Positions 12,546 to 25,336 of a stretch of 64,000 nucleotides of DNA are shown piece by piece (the first letter of the stretch is position 1; each line of letters starts with the position of its first letter). The notes beneath the pieces were generated by a model, which saw nothing but the letters and a program-made list of their open reading frames with translations, made no database searches and was not told the DNA's origin. A program made the position numbers and the translations under genes. Source of the DNA: Vicugna vicugna (taxonomy: Eukaryota); the NCBI GenBank assembly GCA_013265495.1, contig MU063891.1, positions 1,550,001-1,614,000 of the forward strand, read 5' to 3'.

Positions 12546-12561
12546 TGGTGTTCAAATTCTT
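12546..12561. repeat. L1 target-site duplication, right copy
   Basis: TGGTGTTCAAATTCTT, identical to 10066-10081. Confidence 0.95.
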
Positions 12562-13097
12562 AAACAGGAGTAAGAGAAGAAAGTGAAGAAGCCAGAAGTG
12601 ATGGCAGTAGATTTCGAACATGTATTCGTCATTTTTTGGTTTTTAAATTTTTTTGTAGCAGACCTCTTTTGCAATCATGCACTGTTACAAAGAAGAAAGG
12701 GGGATGTATTGTAAATAAATGTGACCTTCAGTGTTTTTATCACTCGTCTTCAAAATGATCTTCCAATAATCTTGGAGGGTGAAACATCATTTAAATGAGG
12801 GTTAAAAATTAAAAAAATATATTTCTGTAGTTTGGTGGGACTTTTTTCTGTGAAAAACTGTTAGCAGCATATTTGAAAATACTTCCTTTTTTAAAGACAG
12901 TTTATTATAGTAAATCTAAATATCAGAAGTAATTCAAATTAAAATAAACAATTGAATATGGTTTTAACAATAGCTCAGTTTTAACAGTAATCCGGTAGAA
13001 AGAGTTCATTTGTCAAGATCATTTACTTCCCAGACAGTTTCCCAACTCTAGTTTTCTTAGCAAGAGAAATGTTAATCTGTTGTGGGTGCGACACTTC

Positions 13098-13120
13098 TTT
13101 TTTTTTTTTTTTTTTTTTTT
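13098..13120. repeat. T23 homopolymer
   Basis: Seen directly. Confidence 0.9.
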
Positions 13121-13275
13121 CCTTTTCCATGTGGTTTCCATTAACTTCTCTTTCCACAGAACTTTGGACATGGCTGCGGCTAATGCCTTGTGGGTCATCT
13201 GTGCTGTTAGAATGAAATTGAAATCGTGAAGTGCATTTTCTCCCCCCTGTAGTCTTTCATGATACGGAATTCATG

Positions 13276-13420
13276 GTCAGACACGGGGTTGAAATCCCAT
13301 CTTCACTCCTTAGCTTTTTTATCTGAAATAAACTAGCCTGTGTAAGCCTCAGTTTCCTCATCTGTAAAATAGTTACTGTAAAGCATTTAGCCAAGAGCTG
13401 CCACTTCATCATTGCTCATT
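13276..13420 (+). mobile_element. MIR fragment
   Basis: MIR core gcctcagtttcctcatctgtaaaat, preceded by gggttgaaatccca. Confidence 0.75.
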
Positions 13421-16251
13421 GACAGTAGTTATTAATGTTACCGGTGATCAGTACGGTTATCAGGGTTTAAAGTCATCTGTCATCTGCAGTGTATTATGAG
13501 AACAGAAGGAGCCCTTAGAACCAGCAGGATAGCCAAGAAATGTAGCCGCAGAAAGAACGGCCTTAGGGCCAGTAGAGTTTGGAACAGCAGCTGGCATCTG
13601 TGGGCCAGCTGAATGTCCCCAGAGTTAAGACCAGGGAGGCAGCCCCATCACTTCTCTGTCGGGTCCCAGCCATGCCTCGAGGTACACCTGTCTCCCAGGC
13701 CCACCCGGGAGTGGGCTGTGTGGGGCCGCTTTGCCTCAGGGAAGAGCTGCCTCTTATCTGTTGGAAGTTTCCACTAGGATCCTCCAAAGAGAAGTTTAGT
13801 TGTGATCATTAGAGCTGTTTTATTGATTTGGGGTTCAGGTCTTAATTAAAGTGATCTCAACTTGCAAAAGGTCTGGTCATCCAGAAATAGAGTGCTTGCT
13901 GGTGTCCTCCGAGTGCTGTGCAATTCCAGGAAGCTTTTGAAAACAAGCATTGAGATATCCACACACACCCCTCTCGTCACTATAGAGGTCTGAGTTGACA
14001 ACAACTGTGATTCATGTGTAGAACTGGCTGAGAATAGTCAGTAAGTTTTCGTAGTTGCTGACTAATAGAAACCCACCTAGACACGAAGAAATGGTCCTGG
14101 CGTTTATCTCAGCTATGAATAATGTTACACATGCTATGAGTGATTTTAAAAGGGCTTCTCAGAATGTTCTTACGTAAATCAAGGATCAATACTTTTTAGA
14201 AAGAAGTTTTTATAGGTGAGCCATAACATTTGATAATGAGACATCATTTTCAAGTAGTTAAAAGGGTCATTGGACAGAACCCTGTGGACTGACTCTGGCT
14301 TCCTAATTGCTAAGCATTGAAACGCCACATGCCCTCTAAATTACGAGCGTGCTTGAATTTTTTATGGGAAAGATATTTTTTTATGTAGGATAATTTTCGT
14401 GTCTGATGTTACATTAGCCAGCCAGCTCTATCAGATTATGCAGGTTGGCACTTTTACTCACCTGATCCCTACTTCTCCCCTGCGAAGTTTATTTTAAATA
14501 GAGATTTAGGAATGAGAGAGACGGGGTGGGGACGAGGGGAATGGGTGGTGAGAAAACACTGCTGGTCATTTTCATCAGTCCTTGGCATTCTTAGCATATT
14601 CTCACCTCTGTTAACGGAGAGCGGTGGTTCAGCCACAGGCTCTTGGGAGTCGGGGAGTCGGGGTCGGGCGCTGTGGGTCCCAGGAGCCCGCTGGAGCAGT
14701 CTCCCCATTTCCTCCCTGGCAGGGCTCTACCTTTCCCTGAGCAGTGGGACTCCCTGGAAGGATTTCTTAGGCCAAGGGGGCGCACTCAGCAGAGAGCCAT
14801 GGTGGTGTGTGGCTGTGTGTGTGTGTGACCTGCGAGATGGTGTGTTTCTGTACTCCAGGCCCAAGGCTGGGGCCCCCACACCAGCTACGCGTGTGGGCCA
14901 GTTTGTGGGCCAGTTTGTCCTCCAGTGTGTCTCTGAGCGGACAGAGAATGTTGGAGGGAGAACCGTTTTATTGCTTTCTTCTCAAAATAGAGGAAATGCC
15001 CCAGGGTGGTGGGAGAGACGGGGATAAATATAGTATTTCCCTTTTCCTGCCTGAATACCCTTTTCCCACTGGGTTTCATTTTCATAAGATCCTATCAACT
15101 TCAACTAAAAATAACTCCATGCCATTTCTATCAGATTGGTCCTCTTATCATTTACGTACTGTTTTTTTTTTCTGTTCAGAAACTTTTGTGCAAGGGCATA
15201 GGAGGTGGTCCTAAGATGCTTGTCTTTTGGACACGGCACATGCGCCACAGCTTCCGGCTGGGACCCCCTGTGAGTAGGTGGCGGAGGCAGTCTTGGTGTC
15301 CTGGCTGAGGGTGGTCAGGAACCTCCCGAGACTCAGACGAGCTTATCCCTGCACTTCCTTCTTCCAGGACCCTTCTTCCAGCAGGGCCATCCCGTATGCT
15401 TGTCCCCGTGCCCCTCCTCGCCTCCCGTCAATGAGTGCGGTCCGTGCACAGCGCTCAGACGTGGCCCCAGAGCCCAGTCATTGTCCACAGCAGTGGTGCC
15501 AGATGCCGTCAGCCCCTGTCCTGCTGCGAGGAGGCCCGTGATGAGTCTGCAGAGCCGAGCCAGCGCTTTGGCTGTAAGGCCGAGTCGAGCAGTGAGTCTC
15601 TCTAGTAGGTGCTTGGCCGAAGTTGGGAGATGGGACATTGTCGTTGTCTTAGGGTATCATGCACAGTGTGCCGTTTAACCAGATTAAGGTTTTTGATTAT
15701 ATAAAATTATTAGGTTGATAACTGATTTTAACTGATAAAACCTAACTTTGAGGTTTGGGAAATGAGTGGCTTGTATTAAATTTTAGTACATGAATCAAAC
15801 ATAAGAATTCCCGTAGTCCTTCCTTTCCTAATCGTTTAGAGTGTCCATTACCGTGCGTAGCCTAGTGCCTGGTCTGGGTTTGCCCACTGTGAAGGTCTTA
15901 CGTTCCCAGGGTGGCCTCTGTTCCCAGGCCCCAGCACTGCCCCCGCCGGCAGCGCGCAGTAATAAGTAAGCCACTCGTGGTTACCGGCTAATAGGGCCAT
16001 GACCTGATTTGAACTCCGTAATGAGGAAAGAGCAGATTTATTTGCTCCTCCTGCACACTTTCCTCCTCTTATGCTCCTTTATTATCTTTAAGAGGAAATT
16101 GAATAGCAAAATTCTGCGTTCTCATAATGTTAATAGCCTGATGTCATCTTTTCCACTCTGGAGTTAAGAAAGTAAGAGAGACAACGAAAAACGTTTTACA
16201 GTTTGGATCTGCCCAAGGCTTCAGCTGTAGGCTCTCTGTGTGTGCTTGAGT

Positions 16252-16990
16252 GAGGTGTAATGTACGTACCATAAAATTCAGTGTGTAATTCACTAGTTTT
16301 TGTGAATTACATGTGAATCATGTTATAGTCTTTTGTTTGTTTGTTTGTTTTCCAAGTTGTGCAGTCATCACCAAAATCCAGTTTTAGAACATTTCCATCG
16401 TCCCAGAACGACCCCTGTGGCATTTAGCAGTCACTGCGTTTCCGCCCTCTCCCCAGCCCTCGGTAGCCAGTGGGCTACTTTCTGTTTCTGTTGTGTAGAT
16501 TTGCTTTCTCTGAATTTCATAACAGTATGTGGTTCTATGAATTTGCCTTCTTTCACTTAGCTTTATGTTTCTGAGATTTATCCACTTTGCAGCCGGTATT
16601 AGTAGCTTGTTCCTTTTTATTCCTGAATAATATTCCGTTGCTTGATGTACCACATTTTGTCTGTTTGTTCACCAGCTGCCGGACGTTTGGGCTGTCTCCA
16701 GCTTGGAGCTGTCTTGAATGACGCTGCTGTAGACACGCACACAAGATTTGGTGTGGACGTGTGTGGGGCTTTCTTGTTTGTTTTGTTGTTTGGGGGGCTT
16801 TTTGGAGTTTTTTTTGTTTTTTTATTTGGTGGACATATGCTTTTGGTTCTCTTGGGTAGATACCTAGAAGTCATATAGTAAATTTATGTTTAGCTTTTTT
16901 AGAACCTGCCAGATTATCTTCCAGAATGGCTACACCGTACTACATTCCTATCACTGATGTTTGAGGCTTCCAGTTTCTCCACATCTTTAC
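16252..16990 (-). mobile_element. Old L1 (L1MB/MC-type) 3' end
   Basis: Minus ORF 16384-16653 reads EYYSGIKRNKLLIPAAKWINLRNIKLSERRQ, matching the ORF2 C-terminal EYYSAIKRNE...WMNLENIMLSERSQ motif. Confidence 0.85.
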
Positions 16991-19900
16991 TGCAGGCCAT
17001 ATTTAAGGAATAACCTTAACCTTTGACTTGTTTTTTTTTTTAATATTCTTATGCGCAGAAGAAAGCTAGGAACAAAAATTTTTAACACATGTTAGTTAAA
17101 TAAAATTATAGTCCTTGGTACTCTGTTTTCTCCGATCTCTGGATTCTGCCACCAGGCATGCTTGCAGTAGTTTGACAACTTTCCATTTAATTACATTTTT
17201 TTCCCCTTGTAGACTTGATATAAAGTATGGAGGGTGTGTGTGTGTGTGTAGGTAGGTAGCTTTGTGTCCAAGTGTGTGTGTGTATATATGACGTTAATTG
17301 TTTAAACATTAGTTTACTTTGAGAAGGGATTTTATTTTTTTTGGCTTTTCTTTTTTTAGTTTCTCTTGTTGAAACCAAAGGTTGTAAGTTTATATTTCTG
17401 ATCACATACATTGTTTTAATATAGACTGGACATGTGTATCTATAAACCATGTTTTATGGTGCTTTAAATAATTAGATGGTGAAGTTTCTAGCTTACAGAA
17501 TTAGGTAGCTTTGAGGAATTCTTTATTAAAAATGCAACTAGGGACGTCTGTATGAATCTGGGCTATTTCCAAAGGCCTCGTAAAAGTTATACAGGAAGAA
17601 TTTTTATATCACTTGACATGGCAGGGATTACTGTGCACTCTCAAGACCAAGTGGTGAAAGTTTTGCTCATTATTTTGTTTATGCTAGGGTTTGCAGGTAT
17701 GTTTTATTTTGGCAGTGAACTTATCAAATAAACTTGTTTTTCTAAATATGTCATTCTGATAAAGCATTCTGCTAAAATAGCCCGGTCATCCTGGGTGAGG
17801 TTCACGACCACTCCTTGGATATGAGCAGAAGCGTGAGCCCCACAACATGCTTTGCAGGCCCGTGTATCTTTTGAATCTGTGCTTGTTCAAGGCAGGTTTT
17901 AGCAGTGGCCAGGTAAGGATTATAGTCTTCAGGGAGGGGGGCACGTGACCTAACAAGGGGACAGGATGAGGGGCACCCAGGTGCCAAGTGAAAGAGTCTG
18001 TGGGAGGGAGGTAGTGGCAGAGCTGATTTCCTCCTGGTGTGACAGCTGAGGGAGCAGCCTCAGCTGAATACAGTTTGCTGAATCAGCCTGGCCTCCGTAA
18101 GCTCTGTGGGGGCAGTTTGGTGTAAAGGAGTGGTTCTCATGGCGGTGATGCGGGTGTCACGGTGGCTGGGGTGCTCCTGGCCTGCAGTGGGCTCAGTCCA
18201 GGAGCATTGTGCCTGCAGTGCACAGCGCTCTCCAGCATGGTGGGGGATTATGTCAGCCCCTGCACAACCTTCAGTGCCTGCTAGCGAGTTACACGCGTGA
18301 AAAACCTGTTCTAGTATTTCAGCTGGAAACCTCTTTCATATGCATGGTTTTAATATTTACCGAATTTTCTAGAAATGCAAGTGCCAGGTGAATCTAGGAA
18401 GATTGTATTTTGTTGAGTTTTCCTAAGGGCTGTTTGCCATCTTGGAAAATCTCATCATCAGAGGGAATGCTTTTGTGTCTAGCTATACCTCACGCCTGCT
18501 TCGCTTTGTGTTAATAGCTGTGTGCTTATGGGGAGTCCCCAGGCCTCTCATTGCTTCGTTATGTGTTACAGGGTACTGAGGCTTGGAAGTACTGAAATCT
18601 GTAGTAATGCATTCTCACCCGCTTTCCTTCCAATTCTCCTTTATGTTCAAGATGAGGCATTGTATTAAGGTCCCCCCGTTATATGTACTACGTGTGTTAG
18701 GGTATCTAAGAGTTTCATTTCAAGGTAGTTTTAAAAGAGAGGCCTTGCTGCTGATGTCACGAGAGCCATCGGTTCAAGTTACGACAGGCTTTTGGCCGTG
18801 TTACTGACATCCTGAATTTGTGTGTGTGTGGAGGGAAGTGGCAGAGGTGACAGGAGGCACTAGCCGCCCTCAGAGGATGCAGGTGGAGCCAAGCATCCAG
18901 GTAACTGTGGGAGCTTGTGCTGCATGTCATGGAGCCGCGTTGTTTCCTGTAAAGTGACTCTCTCGTGGGCTGTGCAGCTTCCCCAGGTCTCAGCCTCTGC
19001 CCTCTGCCTTCGCCCACGCGGAATCCTCCCGGTCAGCAGGCACCCTCGCAGCCGGGAAGCGGTGGCGCTACGAGGCCAGCCACGTACTTCTGAGAAGAGG
19101 TGTGGTTGAGAGGCGTAGAGCAGAGATGAGGGTGAAGGATGCAGCTTTTGGGCCTCCTGAGGACATTACTGACTTCCGTAGGGGTGTTGCACGTTCACAG
19201 ACGTTTAATCATCTCGCCAGTCTCCGTTTTCCTGGCCTTTGTCCTTCTGTCGGTGTGTGTTCCTGACAAGGAGCCGTGCCCCCGTTATGCACCAGAGCCG
19301 GCGCTCCCCAAGCCCGTGTCTTCTCAGCAGGGCAGGGTTCCTGGGAGCCGGTCGGCGTGAGTGCCCTTCTCCCCGTGTGCTGTGTTCCTTCTGGGCTCCC
19401 AGCGCCCTCCTGCCTTCTGCCTGCCCAGATGCTGGTCCCGCCTTCACCCCAGGGCTTGAGCGGCCAGCAGGTTAGCCGGGACACCAGTGATGAGGAAGAA
19501 AGTTAGTTCAGCCATGTCATGGAAGCTCCTGAGAAAGCTTTACTCAAGGGCAGGAGGTTGGGATTAGTTTTAATTTGGTTTCATTTGTAATAACCAGGCC
19601 ACTGTTAATATAAAAACTTGACTTTCCACCAAGCCTTAGCACATGCCTTTGAGAGTCCCTTGGTGAAATCTGAGTGGCAGCACAGGGCGGCCCGGGCTGC
19701 AGGACGCCCAGCAGGGCTGGCTGGGCAGGCTCCCTGGGTGCTCCAGGTCACAGTGCTCCAAGTGTTGATATCTGGATTGAATGCCAGGCTGACTGTCGCA
19801 GCCATGGTATGTTCTCCCAGTTTCTGCACAGAGTAACTAAGTTTTGTTTTCTGATGTGGCACCTTTCTTGTATTTTTATTTTAATTCAGCATAGTTAGGC

Positions 19901-20064
19901 CCTGCCTTCTAGTTTCAAACAAACCTTGAGCCAAGAAAATTAACATTTTCTTCTCATTATAAATGTACTACTGTCTATTAAAGAAGATTTAGAAAATATA
20001 AGAAGGTATAAAGAAAAAAGGTGAAAATTACCAGTAATCCAGTCATCCAGAGAGCTACTGACTC

Positions 20065-20179
20065 TTTTTTGGGAGGGAAGGAAGGTAATTAGGTTGATTT
20101 ATTTATTTTTATTTTAACGGAGGTGCTGGACCTCGCACGAGCTAAGCACGCACTCTACCACTGAGCTATACCCTCCCCC
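20065..20179 (-). mobile_element. tRNA-derived camelid SINE (Vic-1-like), B box deleted
   Basis: Sense strand: GGGGGAGGGTATAGCTCAGTGGTAGAG...GAGGTCC|AGCACCTCC...AATAAATAAATCAACCTAATTACC...A6. Confidence 0.9.
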
Positions 20180-23100
20180 TCAGAGAGGTACTTTTAATGT
20201 TTTTTGTCCTTTAAGTCTTTCGGTGAAAATAATTACTGATAAAGAATGAGAGCGTGTTTTTTTGTCAGTTCTACTTTGTAACTTCAAAGGTGGTTCATTC
20301 AGATTGCTTAAAAAGATGAATTCAGTGATCTTGAAATTCTGCCTTTTTTGGACAGATCTATACTTTCATAAGGAAAGTACCTTGATTGACAGTGAGTGCT
20401 GGAATTCAGCTTTTAACTGTAGCTGCAGTCCTGACTTTCCCTGAGACTTGCACACCTTGGCTAAATCCATTTGGAAACAATCCCCTGTGTCCTGGCGTTC
20501 ACGTCTGTAAATACAGACTGTGCCTGCGTCTCTGTCTCGTGAGTGGATGGTTGGATTGGGCCACGGGGGCTCATGGCTGACACGCCTTTTCCCTTGACTC
20601 TCCGTGTGTGAGACAGTTGAGGTAAACGCGGCAGCAGCCGAGCTGTGTTTGCTCCTCCTCTCGCAGTATGAATCAAGCTGACATCCGTCTCCAGGTCTGA
20701 GGGCGTGCTACCAGCTCACCTCGGCGCTTGCGTGTAGTCACAAGATGGAAATTGCGGACGATGAGCCTCTGATGAGCAGTTGACTGTGGGGCTGTTTCTG
20801 TTCTTTTTAAGAGTTTTGCTGAACCTGATACTTAACTTATTTCTAAAAACTATGCAGTTATACAACCATCTCTGGCTTTCTGGCTTTTATGAAAATGCAA
20901 ATAGTTTTAACTTCAAAGTAGCATAATCGAATCCTGAAAGGGGTTGTTGCTCTGATGCTTTGGTATTTTTGTTTTATCGTCCGACCTGGCTGACTTTTCC
21001 GACCGTCTTGCTCTCTACATCAGCGAAAAGCCCTCCTGGCGAGGATGGATCCCAGGCTAGTGGAAGGTCTGGCGTTTGCAGCGTCCAGCTCATCTCTGGG
21101 GTGTGCAGGCACCCCGTCCCCGGCCGGTAGCATTACTGCACGGAAGTGCGTGTCAAATGCAAATTTGTGTGGGTGAAGAGCATTAATTATTTTGGTGATT
21201 AATAGATTCTGTGCATTCACCTGAATTCATTTAACTGAAATGGAGGCATTGCATCTCTCTGCATTTGTTCTTCATGCATCTGCTCTTTTTAGTTTAAAAG
21301 GAATGTCATGAAACTTACGTGGGCTGCCTTCTCTCACAACAGCCAGTAGCAGAACACATTGGGCCTGCGCCGCGTGTTTGTTCTCAGAGCACCAGAATGT
21401 CAATGTCATGTAGGCTGTCATTTTCAGTCCCTCAGAGCAACTTCTATAGAAACTGATACCTGATTGAAGCCTGGCCATCCATCAGAGGCCGGGGGGCACG
21501 GTCCTGTGCCGATGCCCTGATAGTGGCCAGCAGGTGGAGCGTGAGGTCAGAACCACACGCTCCTGAAGGTGAAGGGGGGCTGGTGGGTTTCACTCCCACG
21601 GCGAACCAGTTGTTGCTAAAGCTCACCTGTGCGTCCTCTTCCAGCCCACATCCCGAGGGCTGGAGAATGAAAACATGAATTTCCTCAGCGCTTGCTGGAT
21701 CGTGTCATTTTGGGTTCACTCTTCGAAATGTATCTCAGCTGAGACAAGTGAATGCTGTCTGCTCCCCCGTCTCTCAGCTTGCCCCAGGTATCTGGAGAAT
21801 TCTCCCATTTGTGGACTGTGCACCACAGCTCAGGGGCTTTTGAGTTCCACAGACCCCACCCCTTCTTTTGATTACATGTATTTCTGCTAAAGACGTGTTT
21901 TTGCAGTGCTTCAGAGGGCATAAGTAAGTTGCTCAGTCCTCTGTGGCTTTTTGTACTTTGTGGTTTCTCTCATCCTGTTGTATTAACCACAACACAGAGA
22001 GGTGCCTGATCAGAAGGCACATGTCCCAGGATATCCAGCTCACGCGTGGTGGCCCGGAAACCCTCCGGTATGACTTGGGGCAGGCCCAGAGACAGGCGAG
22101 AAGTCCCACTGGCCCTGACTAGCCGGGGCCAAGTGCTGGCGGTGTGCTTTCCTTTTCGGTTCACCCCTCCTGGAGCTGTAGGTACTCCTCCTGGCCCTCT
22201 TGGGGTGCTGGGGCCGGGCAGGTGTTCTGCAGGTGCAGGGGAGCCATTCTGGGTCCAGCGCGGCCCATCAGAGGGCCAGTCCCTTCAGGACCAGAGCAGG
22301 CTTCGCCTCTAGGGAAACAGGGCGGGCCCTGCAGCAGTGTTTTTGAAATGGGCCTCTAAGATATTCTCACTTAAGTAAGTTCTGTTGTTCAAAGGTGTTT
22401 CTATTGACACGGAAGCCACAGGGTCCAATCAGGAGATGTTTTCCTCTGTCTTGTGGGGGTCGGGCTGGGGGAGATGGTGACCTTCACCTTGCGTGTGCAG
22501 TGGGACCAGTCAGAACTGACCTCTCAGCGTTTCTCTTCTCTGTAGGGTACCCTGAGGCCCAAGGCTTCATTTTGGCACAAGTCGGTAGTACCAGAGGTCG
22601 TTATTTATAGTGAGTAAATGACAGGCGTTAGGTAGGAATAACTGCCTCTTCCCTGAAGCAGATCAGTGAACGCACAGCTGAATAAAGTCAGGGCAGGGTG
22701 ATTTGTAGCTGTGACCACTTCTGTGCCTTTATTCTATGGTAAAATAGCCTTATTGCTGATGTAATAGGATGTTCTGTGCTGTAAGATTCCCAGCGGCCTT
22801 GACCGAGTAGGGGTATGCGTGTGCTCCTGTGTGTGACGGGGGAAAGGGTTTTCTAATCCTGGGCCAAGTGCTGGAACACTGGAGTTCATTTTAAATGGCT
22901 ATTTTTAGGACACCCATGTAACTTCCAAGGAGATTTCAATTGGAAACAGTGTAGCTGGAGGCACACCTGACATGGTTGACTTGAGCCAACACAGGCAGCT
23001 AAGAATAGCCCCATGCCCGGTGCGGTTAATCTCTGAGGCAGCTCTTTACTCCTGGGTCCTGGAGGCCAGAGGTTGGCACAGCCGACGTGCCAGCCTAGTG

Positions 23101-25266
23101 TGGCCTCCTTTCACCTCTCTTTCTGAGCCCTTTGTTCTTCCCTCTGGGGCTCGTCTCTCCTCCCCCGTCAGTTCAGGTGCCTCAGTCCCTCCGGGTGCCC
23201 AGCCCGTGTCTCCATCTCAGCTCTCACAGCACCCTGCGCGCTGGCTCCTTCCCCCTGCAGAGCCCCCTCATCAGTCTTGCTCTCCTCCCACCCCATCCCA
23301 CCTCCTTTCTTCCGTAGGTGCCCTGATAAACCAGGAGAACCGCTGGGCTTACATCTGTGTGGTCCTCTGGCCGTCAGCGATTCTTCATGTTAAGAGATTT
23401 ACTGAAGGTACAGTTGCGTAACTCAAAAGAGTGTCCCCTTTCTTGAAAATGAAGTATTAAATTAATAATATGACACTATAATAATAAATTGAACCTACTT
23501 AATATGCCTTTCACCAAAAAGATCCCATGGGAAATTTTTGACATTTAGAGATAGAAGCTTTACATTGAGTCTTTGGCAAGATTCAGCAAGTCACAGTACG
23601 GTTTTTTGGTATTTATTTAGTGACATTTCAGAAATGGGAAGATCGTATAGCCAGAAGTTAAATGCCCCAAATCCCATGTGTGAGCAGTTAAATTTGGTAT
23701 ACTGTAAATAAGAGTTTGTAATATCAGAGTGCATTATGTGCCCAACCAAATAGGGACTTGAAGGTTGTGTCAGCTGTGTTAGTGCAGTGAAGCCATCAAA
23801 ACTGAGAGAATTACTTTCTCAGTGGCACGTTGAGGACACGTCCCCACTTTGTCCTCTGTTTGGTTTAGAGTCTTGACATTCGTGGTACTTTGTTATTGGG
23901 GTACAGATTTGAAAGCTATATTTTCAGTTTTATTTGAAACATAATCAGTATTCTTATTCCATGCTCAGAGCCAAGGTGTAAGTGGCAATTATTTTAACTT
24001 TATTCTCCCTGTACTTTTGGATAATAGTTTAGGTGTCTTCATAAAGGGGATCCGTGATGAGAAAAAGTAGACCCAGATACCCACTAAAATACTTCCCCCC
24101 CATTTTCTCCTTCCTTGCCACGGGGGTCTATTTGTTAGAAGAGCATCAGGTACCGAAGGACAAAAGTGCTACATGCACATTGTGTTCTCTGACACAGATC
24201 ATGGAGACGAGAGGCTCTGAGACCATGTTCCTTGTAGTTTGGGGATCATAAATGGGGCAGAAATGACATAAGGGGCGAGGCTGAAACAGTTTGAAGGTTA
24301 AAACGAGCCAGTCTTCACAGTCTCCTTGGGTATTAATTTTCCCCAGAGCCACACACTGTGGCCTGTGAGGCCCCCTTGGCTCATCAGTGTTCATGTGGGC
24401 TAACGGCGCTTATATGGAGATGTAAAAATCCTCATGTTCTTAACGGGGAAGGGTTGGAATAGTCATGCTTTCAGTTCTGATCAGCTGACAGTCTTTGATT
24501 AGGCATGAGCCACACGGAGATAAAGCAGATCCTGTTTCAGTGACGTAAGGTGGGCCTCTGAAAAGAGAAGCTTGACAGGCAGGCCTTGCTCTGTGACTCT
24601 CTCTACGGGCTGGGTTGGGTTGATTGATACAATTCCTGCCTTTGTGACAAACCGGAGATTCAAGTGGGAAGACATGCCATACACACAGCATTTCGTTGAA
24701 TAATTTGGAAGGAAAACATTTTTAACGATAATCACACACCAATTTTCTCCTGAAACTGGACATTGATTGTTGGCATAGTTGAAAAATCTGTCCCTGTCAT
24801 GTGTCCCATGGGAGCAGTCAGTTCCCAGAGCTAACAGTCCGCCTCACGTTGAGGAGACAGGTGAAATGCCTCGAATACCTGAGCAGTAGTAAGTCTCAGG
24901 AATTTCCTTTGTACTGGTGATCTGCTGGCTTTTTTTTTTTTTTTAACAAATCCCTTCGACACCAGATTCAGATAATATTTTTAAAAGAAGTTGCTTGTTG
25001 CATAGTTTGTCAGTAGAAGCAGGCATCCATCCACCCTTCGTTCATTCTCCCTGTTGCCTTAATTCATAAAGATGGAATTTATCTGGTATAAATTATCTGG
25101 TAGGTCCAACTTGCTTTTAATCTTTGCCTATGGAAGAAAATCCTAAATTTTAAATAAATTCTGAAGAGTAGCAACCCTTAAAATGACAAGGATCATAGTG
25201 GCGGGTGAGGGAAGGTCTTTCTTTCATTCCTTAGAAATGTTTGATACTGTTTAAAAAAGCTTTCCT

Positions 25267-25336
25267 GGGGGGAGGGTCGAGCTCCTGCTTAGCACGCACG
25301 AGGTCCTGGGCTCAATCCCAGTACCTCCATTTAAAA
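25267..25336 (+). mobile_element. tRNA-derived camelid SINE, A box deleted
   Basis: GGGGGGAGGGT|CGAGCTCCTGCTTAGCACGCACGAGGTCCTGGGCTCAATCCCAGTACCTCC. Perfect 14-bp TSD aaaaaagctttcct at 25253-25266 and 25337-25350. Confidence 0.9.

Noticed and set aside
12544-12621. N-terminus (MFEIYCHH...) of the 737-aa ORF
   Set aside because: It lies in the TSD and flanking host DNA. The ORF is an artefact of reading through Ns, and the element has no endonuclease domain or ORF1.
20065-20179. tRNA gene calls for the SINE heads (also 25267, 57841, 61266)
   Set aside because: They have A-rich tails and broken A/B boxes, and three of the four have recognisable TSDs, so they are retroposed SINEs rather than tRNAs.
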